In this document: positions 56,001 through 64,000 of the stretch, one piece after another
Numbering within the stretch: position 1 is the stretch's first letter
Layout of the letters: every line of letters starts with the position of its first letter
From: Tubiluchus corallicola
Lineage: Eukaryota > Animalia > Priapulida
DNA length: 64,000 bases
Assembly (NCBI GenBank): GCA_030141605.1
Contig: JAQGDQ010000055.1
Coordinates: forward strand, 496,001-560,000
Direction: 5' to 3'
Made by a program: the position numbers and the translations under genes
The notes under the pieces: model-generated
What the model was told of the DNA's origin: nothing
The model's database searches: none
Seen by the model: only the letters and a program-made list of their open reading frames with translations

Positions 56001-56168
56001 GGCGGGGGAACTACTACGACTGATATGACAACGACAAAGATGACTGATAAGACGACTACAATGATGACTACAACGAAAAAAAGCACAACAACAGAGTCTC
56101 TTGGTCACCAGATGAAATGGTGCATGCTTCTGTCATTGTTGGGTGTTGTGCTTTCAGTATTTTTATAG
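47031..56168 (+). CDS. Secreted or membrane-anchored alpha-carbonic anhydrase with an N-terminal EF-hand pair, about 470 aa, 10 exons
   Basis: Exons: 47031-47045 and 47168-47194 (both tentative), 47442-47706, 49028-49111, 50802-50861, 51732-51905, 53059-53210, 53934-54026, 54875-55126, 55878-56168, all GT-AG with matching phases. CA motifs: HDWTYEG, PDCG..AQSPVNI, NTGHTV (His64), HWHWG (His94/96), GSEH, EMHMVH (Glu117/His119), DGLAVLG, YYRYAGSLTTPPCHESVTW, DNFRKVQPLN. EF loops DVNDDDKITLDE and DSNGDDALSCQE. Thr-rich stalk and hydrophobic C-terminus WCMLLSLLGVVLSVFL. The CA part is high confidence; the fusion and start codon are less certain. Confidence 0.8.
50429..50565 (+). mobile_element. 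Kolobok-like MITE family A, 5' fragment
   Basis: TTAA|AGGAAGACAGGATCATTTTTCATATACTACCC... matches the first ~135 bp of 7066-7684. Confidence 0.7.
51920..52528 (+). repeat. Direct repeat of about 135 bp (51920-52054 and 52395-52528) in a CA intron
   Basis: ATGGAATAAAAAATGC.TTGTTTTTTGGGTGACT.GCTCGCGAA...AGTTTTATATTGTGACATCA occurs twice. Confidence 0.8.
53340..53750 (+). repeat. Diverged tandem duplication with (CAA)n heads
   Basis: CAAAGTAGTGC.AT...TTTTGATATAACATAGTTTCTAAA..ACCATCA...ATGCCTAA occurs twice. Confidence 0.65.
54150..54752 (+). mobile_element. Degenerate RTEX-clade LINE 3' fragment in a CA intron
   Basis: Frameshifted and stopped translation KYLGHII...NILIRNF...LFKTFCTSVCGASLW...LKVAYNNCITKLSKLPFDCSARQL...NIPYFDLILRK, which is the RTEX C-terminal pattern. 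Ends with AATAAA and a (TACT)n-like tail. Confidence 0.7.
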
Positions 56169-56368
56169 TTCGTGATTAGCTCAATCTTACTATTTTTACA
56201 AAGTAAAATTTTACCTGTTTTAATCTTTTCTTGAAAGTTCAAAGAATTTTGTAACACATGCAACTGTTTTGTTTAATATATTTACGTATATTAAAACATT
56301 AAAAACTAAAGTTTGTACAAAAGTTTTCTTTTTATGCCAGCGTTTTAGTTACATTTAGAGGATTGTAA

Positions 56369-56550
56369 ATGTTGTTTTTGTTATTGTTGTTGTTGTTTTT
56401 GCTGCTGCTGCTGCTGTTACTGTTGCTACTGCTGTTGTTGTTGCTATTGTTGTCGTTGCTGTTGTTGTTGCTGTTGTTGTTGTTGTTGTTGTTGCTGCTG
56501 CTGCTGCTGTTGTCGTCGTCGTCGTCGTCGTCGTCGTCGTTGTTGTTGTT
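56369..56550. repeat. (GTT/GCT/GTC)n compound repeat
   Basis: Direct inspection. Confidence 0.9.
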
Positions 56551-57526
56551 TATTCATCTATCTCAGGCTACGGTTTTTATCGTACGGAAGCTATCACCCA
56601 TGAGGATTCTGCCGGGGATTGCACAGACGTAAAAGAATCTGATTTTTCACTTTCTCAATACAACCTCAAACATGGATCATTAATGGATCACGTACGCTAA
56701 ACGGACTGCCCTAGTAGCTGTCGTATTGTTGGGGTTTCTTTAATTCTGTTGTATAAATGCATCTGCCCAACAATACCTGTTTTAAATTTTCACTAAAAAG
56801 CGGATACATGACAGTTTCTTATCATGAAAACCATTCACTTTAGAATAAATGAGCAAGTAAGTCGTGCGGAATCGAAGCACATTAGAGAATTCATTCTAGT
56901 TGCATCTATTTACAGCAACAAAAACCAAGGTATATCAATAGTATTAAGAAAAATGAGCCCATTTATTTCGCAGACATTAATGTAACAATAGTTTACAAGC
57001 ATCATCTGGCGCATAAACCCAAATTTACAAAATATGTTAAATATATAAACATGTTAAAAACTAAAAAAAATGATTTATTTTGAAAATAATTACGTCATCG
57101 GTACGCAGAAAATAAGCAGGAATGTTTTCCATAACCTGATGAAAGCCTCTGCAAAATTACTGTCGGTTTATCTATTGCACGATGTTAATTAGACAGGAGA
57201 ATAATGGACGAACAGTACGCATGTTTGCCAAATAATTTGCGACACCTGAATAGAGAAATAAAAAAATAACCAATAAAGTTGTCCTTTAGAGACAGGATCA
57301 GTAATTGGCAATTTTTTGCGCCCCTGTGGTATTTGGAAAGTTTTCTCGTGCCACCAAGAGATCCCGTAATTGTTGAGCCTAGATACAAATTCAGGGCTGT
57401 TTTATAATAAATTAACCACTGCCTTAGGCCAGACAAGTCCATTCAGGCAGCTTTCCTGTTTTAGCTCACGAAAACTCCTTTAGACACAATAGTTTTTGAG
57501 CGTTCAGTACGTGGCATGTTACAACA

Positions 57527-58432
57527 ATGAGTGGAGAAAGTTTAGTCGTTATCCGCTCTGTCTTACTCATTCTGTCCGTGGCATTTGTGAGGTGCGAAAT
57601 ATTCAGTTCAAAGACGAAATTCATCGATTTAAGCTACGACTTCGCTGAAGACGAGACAGTTTACTGGCCAACCACCAACCCATTCAACACCACTGTGTTC
57701 TTCAAAGGTTACACTAACGATGGTGTGTATTACGAGGCGAATGATTTCTGCACTGCAGAACACGGAGGGACTCACATAGACTCGCCCGTACATTTTGTCA
57801 AAGGTAACAAAGCTGTACATGAAGTTAAGCTTCATCAGCTCATCGGTGAAGCTGTTGTCGTTGATGTGAGAGAGAAGACGAAGAACAATGCTGATTATCA
57901 AGTGACTATTGATGACCTGAAAGCCTGGGAGACCCTACACGGGAAAATTCCCAACGACAGCATATTGCTGATAAACACTGGTTGGGCCAAGTTTTACCCA
58001 GACAGGAAAACCTATCTGGGAACTGATACGATGGATACGTCTCTGTTACATTTTCCAGGAATGCATCCAGACACTGCGAGATGGCTGGTAAAGAATCGAA
58101 AAATAAAAGTGCTTGGTCTGGACACGGCTTCGCTGGACTATGGTCAGTCAAGGTTGTACGAAGCACACCGAATTCTTTTCGAGAAAAATATTCCTGGTTT
58201 TGAAAATTTGGCAAATCTGAATCAACTTCCGGCGCGTGGTTCTACCGTTATAGCTTTGCCAATGAAAATTCGAGGAGGTACAGGAGCTCCACTGCGAATC
58301 ATAGCTGTGCTGGATGACACAGCTGGAGCAGGAAATGTTCATGGCTGGTCATCCGTGAACACTAGCCAGATAAAGACACTGATCCAACTTGCTTTAGTTT
58401 TCATTTGCTTTGGCAATTTTAGGTTACTATGA
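57527..58432 (+). CDS. Cyclase-family metal-dependent hydrolase (kynurenine formamidase KynB / isatin hydrolase-like), intronless CDS, signal peptide and hydrophobic C-terminal tail
   Basis: 301-aa ORF with AEHGGTHIDSPVHF (HxGTHxD metal motif), LHFPG, GLDTASLDYGQS, ENLANL and ALPMKIRGGTGAPLRIIA. N-terminal VLLILSVAFVRC and C-terminal LIQLALVFICFGNFRLL. Possible 5'-UTR splice acceptor TTTCCTGTTTTAG near 57463. Confidence 0.9.
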   Translation: MSGESLVVIRSVLLILSVAFVRCEIFSSKTKFIDLSYDFAEDETVYWPTTNPFNTTVFFKGYTNDGVYYEANDFCTAEHGGTHIDSPVHFVKGNKAVHEVKLHQLIGEAVVVDVREKTKNNADYQVTIDDLKAWETLHGKIPNDSILLINTGWAKFYPDRKTYLGTDTMDTSLLHFPGMHPDTARWLVKNRKIKVLGLDTASLDYGQSRLYEAHRILFEKNIPGFENLANLNQLPARGSTVIALPMKIRGGTGAPLRIIAVLDDTAGAGNVHGWSSVNTSQIKTLIQLALVFICFGNFRLL

Positions 58433-60348
58433 GTGTAGAAACTTTGAAAAATGTTTGCAGATCATCTGCATGTGTGACAAGCAGTTTTTTTTTTGTTGTT
58501 GTTAAATGTCTTCAATATTACCTTTCTGCAATTTTAACTTCCTTGTGACTTTTGTTGAAAAAGTTGTGTAATAAAGGCACATTCATAGTGGTACAGAAAC
58601 TCGCCAAGTAACTCGCAATAGGTCTCTTTCGTTAATTCTGAACTGAGTTGCGCATAGCCACTAATTATATCGAGTTTTGAGGCAAATTAACAAAAGGAGC
58701 GGGGGCATATGTAGGTGCTCAGTGTTATTTGTGTTAATTATTTTTAAGTACTCTGTATTTTCAATTTTTTTAGTGAATCAGTTTTAATGTTTTCTGATTA
58801 CTTTATCTTTGTATATATTTTTTCATATTGTCATAATTAAGTGATGCTCACGTTTTGAATTATTTCTATTATTCATTTTTTGTGACTATCCTGTTTTTGT
58901 CCTTGCTTGTGTAATTTTAGCTTGTATTTTGTAGAGTGCCCAATTTTCATTTTTTTATTTTTTTATTTTATTTCCAATTTGAATGATACTGCATGTCTAT
59001 TTTTAGTAAAATTTTTTAGCATCGTTTATTTTTAGACTGTATGAATAGCCAATTTGGCTAATGGTTTTTCTGTTGCACACCCGACTTTAAAAAAAGATTA
59101 TGTATGTTTCTCTGTCATAGTACAAACCTCGATTATTTTTATTAGTTAGATTTTTTGAGCTGTCCATTGCGTCTTTCTCATTAGAGCGATTGCACCTCTA
59201 TTAGCGTAACTGCTAGATTAAATTAGACAAAGGCTATGTTAGATGTGAGAATGTAGATTTTTGGCGCTTCTGAACTGCTCTTTACACGCTGGTGAATGTG
59301 CTCCCTAGGTTTTTGGTTGTCATAGTTTTAAAGAAGAGAACAAGTTATTCAACATGTTGCGTTTATTTTACTGTCATCACTTAAACATAGAAAAATAAAA
59401 CAAAGAAATTTGCAAAAGACTGTTGCCGCCATTCATATGAAAATTATGACCTTGCTGGTGACTTCGTGACTTTTCGTCAGCGCATCGTGGCTTTCCGTAA
59501 ACGCACACTGTTTAAACTAATTCAGACTTCTGCAGGTTACCTAAGATTCACACAAAATATTACAAAATTAGCTATCTATTTTTTGGAAAAACCTATTATG
59601 CTTTTGACGAAGAATGACAGTAGTATTTTTTTCAGGACGAATGATATCATTGGAAGAAGAATGGACATTGAAAATGGAAGCGTCCAAGCAGGAAATGATC
59701 GCGACTTTAAAATGATTTTACTAATTACACGAGGCGTTTACTGCAGTTTTATTACTAAATCCTTCTAACATTTTTGCGAACATTGAAATAAGCCTAACCA
59801 CCTAGAAGAACTGACCTTTCCTTTAAAGGAAGACAGTATGATTTTTCATATACTACATTTTCAAGTCCGTTAAAAGTATACATTTTAACACAATTAACAC
59901 TAGAAAGTCGTTTCTGATAATTAAATAAAAGATTAAAATCATAATTAACGGTGAGCGAGCCCAACTATAGAATGACATCACAAACTAAGATCATTTTCAA
60001 CAGCAAAAACATTCCGCAAGTGTGTTGCAAAAGCGCAAATTAAAGGACAGTGCTATGGTAAGATGTTCAGTGTGTTGTGCTAAAACTAGGCAAGTTTTAA
60101 GATAAAAATCCAAATTTCAAACTTACCGCTGTGTTCACGCATAAGCTGTCGAACGTGTGTAGTTTGTCACAAACTAACACATCTGAAGTGAGAAGTACAG
60201 CACCTGTTTTTTGTACAACGCTTTCTGAAATGCTGGCGCTAGTACCCCTCTAATTAGCGAATGGCGGAATGCATATAACAGCGAAGAACTAGTGGCGAGA
60301 ACGTGAAATTGTGTTTGTGTGGTAACAATTTTTTCAAGTAAGTCATTC

Positions 60349-63300
60349 ATACACTCATACGTCGAGACCGTCCCACACATAAACGTGGAGGAGGGGTTGC
60401 AATGTACATCCCAAAACACATGTCATTTAACGAAGCCAAAGGAATTAAAACTAACAAAATAGAATCAATTTGGTACAATATCGAAAACTACATAGTAGGT
60501 GTCATTTATAAGCCACCAAATCAAAAATATAAGACTTTTCTAAAACATTTTGAAATTGAACTTGAACGTGCTGTACTTGAAAATCAACCAGTTTTATTAA
60601 TGGGGGATTTTAATATCGATATTAATGCAACAAATACTGCTCAGTGCAAAAAGTATAAAGAAGTCTTGGACCAATATAACACGCAAATACTAAACGCAAG
60701 TAATAAACCCACAAGAATCACTAAAACATCATCTACTACCATAGACCACTTTATCTCAAACGCTAAAGACAATTTCCAAGTACAAGAAAACTTCTCGTGT
60801 GATTATTCTGATCATGATTTTATAATATTAGTAGACAAAAAAGAACCAACCAAAAACAATACAGGCACAGTCTGGAAAACAGTCAGAGATTATTCTACAT
60901 ATAATAAAGATATATTTCAAGATACTTTAACCAAATTGGACTGGAGTAATATTTACACAATGACTGACATTGACATGCAAATAAACACATTAATAAATAA
61001 TATGGAATACTGCCTGGATATCTATGCACCGTATAAAAAAATTAAAATACATCAGCAGCAATTTAATGCAAAATCTGCCTGCCCTTGGGTGGATACAGAA
61101 CTCGCAAAACTAAGACACAATAAAAATGAATTATATAGAACATATTTACATTTAAAAGGTAAAATCAATTACAATAATTACAAAAAGGCACGAAATAAAT
61201 TTAATAGCTACAACAGGAAACTCAAAAATAAATATTATATTAATAAATGCAATGATGCAACTACACCTAAACAAAAATGGCGTTTAATTAATGACGTACT
61301 TAACAGATACAGAAACGATCAATTACAAATAAATAGTTTACGAGAAAATGACAGTATAATATCTGATCCAGTTGACATTGCTAACAAATTAAATTCCACA
61401 TTTATCAATCTCGGAAAATTTGACAACTTGCCACACCAACATAATGCAAATATACACAATATATACAAAAACCAATCAGTAATACAATCCACTTTCCCAT
61501 TTACTAGCGTCACAGAATACGACATCTTTAGAATATTAAACAGTTTAAATATAAATAAAGGAAGTGGACCCTCAGACATGCCAATAAAGATCTTAAAAGA
61601 CTGTGCCAGCATCATTACTCCTCATTTAACATATATCACAAACCAAGTCTTAATGCGCTCAGAATTTCCAGCAGTGTGTAAGCAAGCAAACATAACTCCA
61701 ATACACAAGAAAGATGCTAAAGATGATGCTAAAAACTACAGACCAATCTCAGTAGTGCACGTACTAGCCAAAGTATTTGAAAGAGTTATCTACAACCAAA
61801 TAAACCATTACATTGAAAATAATAAGTTACTGTCAAATCATCAATTTGGTTTTAGAAAACTACATTCTACAATAGACGCGATAATTGATGCCACTGAAAA
61901 GTGGCGTTACAACTTAAATAAAAATAAATATATAACAGCAGCATTTTTAGATCTAAGTAAAGCTTTTGACAGCCTCGATCACAATTTACTACTAGACAAC
62001 TTACGCCAACTAGGATTCGATTATACTTCTCACAAACTAATTAATAATTACCTACACAATAGAAAACAAAGAGTCAAACTGAACAAACACACTTTTTCAA
62101 CATGGGACACACCACAGAGAGGCATCCCACAAGGTACGATATTAGGTCCATTACTCTTTTGTTTATACGTTAATAAAATTCATTTAGTTTTACATAATTC
62201 AGACTTAACACAATATGCCGATGATACAACACTCTATACAGCACACGCAGACTTTCTAACATCAAAAAATAATCTAGAAAAAGACATAACAAATATAAAT
62301 GCAGCATTTAACTATTTTGGTTTAAAAATGAATGATGATAAGACAGAATTTATAGTAATATCACCCAAATCCAATGACATTACTTCTAATGCAACACTAA
62401 AAGTAGGTGACTGTTCCATAGAACAAGCAAAAACTGTAAAATTTTTAGGCATTACTGTCGACAATAAACTCACTTGGGATGAACAGTTTCATCAAATACA
62501 CAACAAGATGGCATTAAGCACGACATTCTTACGCCAAACCAGAGGCCATCTAACGAAGAAAACAAAAATTCTCATCTACAAAAGTCTAATATTACCACAT
62601 TATCTATATGGTTGCACTTTACTTCAAAACGTTAAATATGAAAACTTTAGAAAACTAAATACGATGCAAAACTACGCACTTAGATTAATTCATGGCTACT
62701 CTAACAAAACTGCTAAACAACATGCTGCTTCTGCAACAAGCTTAAGAACGTCCACAAAAATACCAATATTAGAAGCCTATCGAGATTACAAAACACTGAT
62801 ATTTCTTTATAAATATATAAATAAACTGAGCATTCCATTTATAAACAATCCCTTAGCATTTATTCCTGATACCACATTGAACACTAGAACATACAATTTA
62901 AAGCAAATTACAGTAAACAATAAATTTGGAAATAACTCTATATCAAAACAGGCCATACATTTATGGAACTTACTACCCAGTGAAATAAAACAAATAGAAT
63001 CTCTCCACCACTTTAAAAAGAAATTAAAAGAATATCAATATAACAGGTTTCAACTTCATCATTGTGCAAATTACAATTGTACTAATTACACGGACTCCAC
63101 TTTCATATACCCCCGCCCCTGACTCCATATAATGATTAAAAATGAAATTTTTTAAAAAAAATTATGTAATGTAATACGTGTTATGTTAGTTTCGTGTCTC
63201 GTAATGTTAAATGTATAAATAGTGTGCACTATGTAATGTAAAATTTAATGTACTTTCCTATAATTGTTTGTGAAAATATTTTAATATGGTATTTGTAAAT

Positions 63301-63468
63301 ATGTTCATTATATTGTATATAGTTTGCACTTTAGTTTTTTAGTATGCACTGGACGCATTTGTCTTGAACAGTGTTGTTATTTTAACATTACGCTGAGGCT
63401 AACTCAATTTTATTATAATGAGGGAACCGTTTTTATGACAAATAAAGAATTAATATATATATATATAT
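60349..63468 (+). mobile_element. 5'-truncated CR1/L2-superclade non-LTR retrotransposon
   Basis: Begins inside the AP-endonuclease domain (YTLIRRDR..RGGGVAMYI), has an uninterrupted ORF to 63122, an AT-rich 3' UTR, AATAAA at 63441 and a (TA)n tail. ATTC is duplicated at 60345-60348 and 63469-63472. Confidence 0.92.
60402..63122 (+). CDS. LINE ORF2: partial AP endonuclease plus reverse transcriptase (906 aa)
   Basis: Endonuclease motifs GVIYKPP, MGDFN, PTRIT..TTIDH, SDH. RT motifs NYRPIS, QFGFR, FLDLSKAFD, GIPQGTILGPLLF, YADDT, KFLGI. Confidence 0.93.
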   Translation: MYIPKHMSFNEAKGIKTNKIESIWYNIENYIVGVIYKPPNQKYKTFLKHFEIELERAVLENQPVLLMGDFNIDINATNTAQCKKYKEVLDQYNTQILNASNKPTRITKTSSTTIDHFISNAKDNFQVQENFSCDYSDHDFIILVDKKEPTKNNTGTVWKTVRDYSTYNKDIFQDTLTKLDWSNIYTMTDIDMQINTLINNMEYCLDIYAPYKKIKIHQQQFNAKSACPWVDTELAKLRHNKNELYRTYLHLKGKINYNNYKKARNKFNSYNRKLKNKYYINKCNDATTPKQKWRLINDVLNRYRNDQLQINSLRENDSIISDPVDIANKLNSTFINLGKFDNLPHQHNANIHNIYKNQSVIQSTFPFTSVTEYDIFRILNSLNINKGSGPSDMPIKILKDCASIITPHLTYITNQVLMRSEFPAVCKQANITPIHKKDAKDDAKNYRPISVVHVLAKVFERVIYNQINHYIENNKLLSNHQFGFRKLHSTIDAIIDATEKWRYNLNKNKYITAAFLDLSKAFDSLDHNLLLDNLRQLGFDYTSHKLINNYLHNRKQRVKLNKHTFSTWDTPQRGIPQGTILGPLLFCLYVNKIHLVLHNSDLTQYADDTTLYTAHADFLTSKNNLEKDITNINAAFNYFGLKMNDDKTEFIVISPKSNDITSNATLKVGDCSIEQAKTVKFLGITVDNKLTWDEQFHQIHNKMALSTTFLRQTRGHLTKKTKILIYKSLILPHYLYGCTLLQNVKYENFRKLNTMQNYALRLIHGYSNKTAKQHAASATSLRTSTKIPILEAYRDYKTLIFLYKYINKLSIPFINNPLAFIPDTTLNTRTYNLKQITVNNKFGNNSISKQAIHLWNLLPSEIKQIESLHHFKKKLKEYQYNRFQLHHCANYNCTNYTDSTFIYPRP

Positions 63469-64000
63469 ATTCTTGAAAAAATAGTATGTTTCTTTTCTGT
63501 ATTTTAAAGAGTAGATTGTTTTGACCTACAGTTTAAGATTGGGCCCGGTTTTGCTTTAAGCTTTTATTCCAGCTTCTTTTTGATTTACAGGTTAGTATGC
63601 GGAGGCAGTTTGAATACGTCAGCGCTCTTTCTCCCAAATCATCCCAAATTATCTACAGAACAACAGCGTTTCCTTACTAGCTACTAGGAGCAAAGAAACA
63701 TGCAAATTTTAGCCGCCCACTAACTGATTGACAGTAGTATTTTTTTAAGGAACGAATGATATCATTGGAAGAAGAATTAACATCGAAAATGGAAGCGTCC
63801 AAGCAGGAAATGATCGGCTAAACTAAACTGAACGGCGGATAGTAAGCTACCAAAAGCATACCAATTGAAATTTTCAAACTTGCTCATCACTTAAATTCTG
63901 ATATCCCATCGAAAACATGAACTGCGATTCATCTTGAAAACACGATTTTTAAAAATGCGCTGAACAAATCAAAGAATTTTTCGCCCAATGATCTTTTCGG

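Larger units (their letters stand above)
59827..63555 (+). mobile_element. Kolobok-like MITE family A, copy 3, split by a LINE insertion (59827-60348 and 63469-63555)
   Basis: TTAA|AGGAAGACAG start and CCGGTTTTGCT|TTAA end. Removing the LINE restores colinearity with 7066-7684. Confidence 0.85.

Noticed and set aside
56168-57527. CA and cyclase as a tunicate-style operon
   Set aside because: The gap of about 1.3 kb contains a microsatellite and room for an independent promoter; the sequence alone does not support polycistronic transcription.
57527-58432. Bacterial contamination or recent horizontal transfer as the explanation for the cyclase gene
   Set aside because: It is embedded in continuous animal DNA, has a eukaryote-style signal peptide and tail and an upstream splice acceptor. 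The GTDTMDTSLLHFPG segment looks like animal family members as I recall them. A phylogeny is needed before any transfer claim.

Overview
AT-rich, intron-rich eukaryotic DNA from an invertebrate animal. A marine deuterostome such as a tunicate is plausible but not provable from this window. Manual splicing gives four host genes. (1) The first coding exon of a minus-strand STARD10/PCTP-like START-domain gene (2904-2749), missed by the ORF track, whose remaining exons appear to lie off the left edge. (2) An 18-coding-exon SOGA/MTCL-family coiled-coil gene (14411-43379, about 1912 aa) with an N-terminal MPRIP/PEAK1-like C3H motif and two GC-AG introns. (3) A 10-exon gene (about 47031-56168) in which a signal-like segment and a pair of EF-hands splice in frame, via an RVRR furin-type site, to a catalytically complete, Met-rich alpha-carbonic anhydrase with a Thr-rich stalk and a hydrophobic/GPI-type tail. 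This is the most unusual object in the window. (4) A cyclase-family (kynurenine formamidase/isatin hydrolase) gene with an intronless CDS, signal peptide and GPI-like tail (57527-58432). Mobile DNA includes a young 5'-truncated CR1/L2-type LINE nested inside a TTAA (Kolobok-like) MITE, other copies of that MITE, a solo LTR, RTE and RTEX fragments, hAT, PIF and Helentron-like non-autonomous elements, a 5S-derived fragment, long inverted repeats and many microsatellites. All exon models and family calls were made by eye, without database searches.
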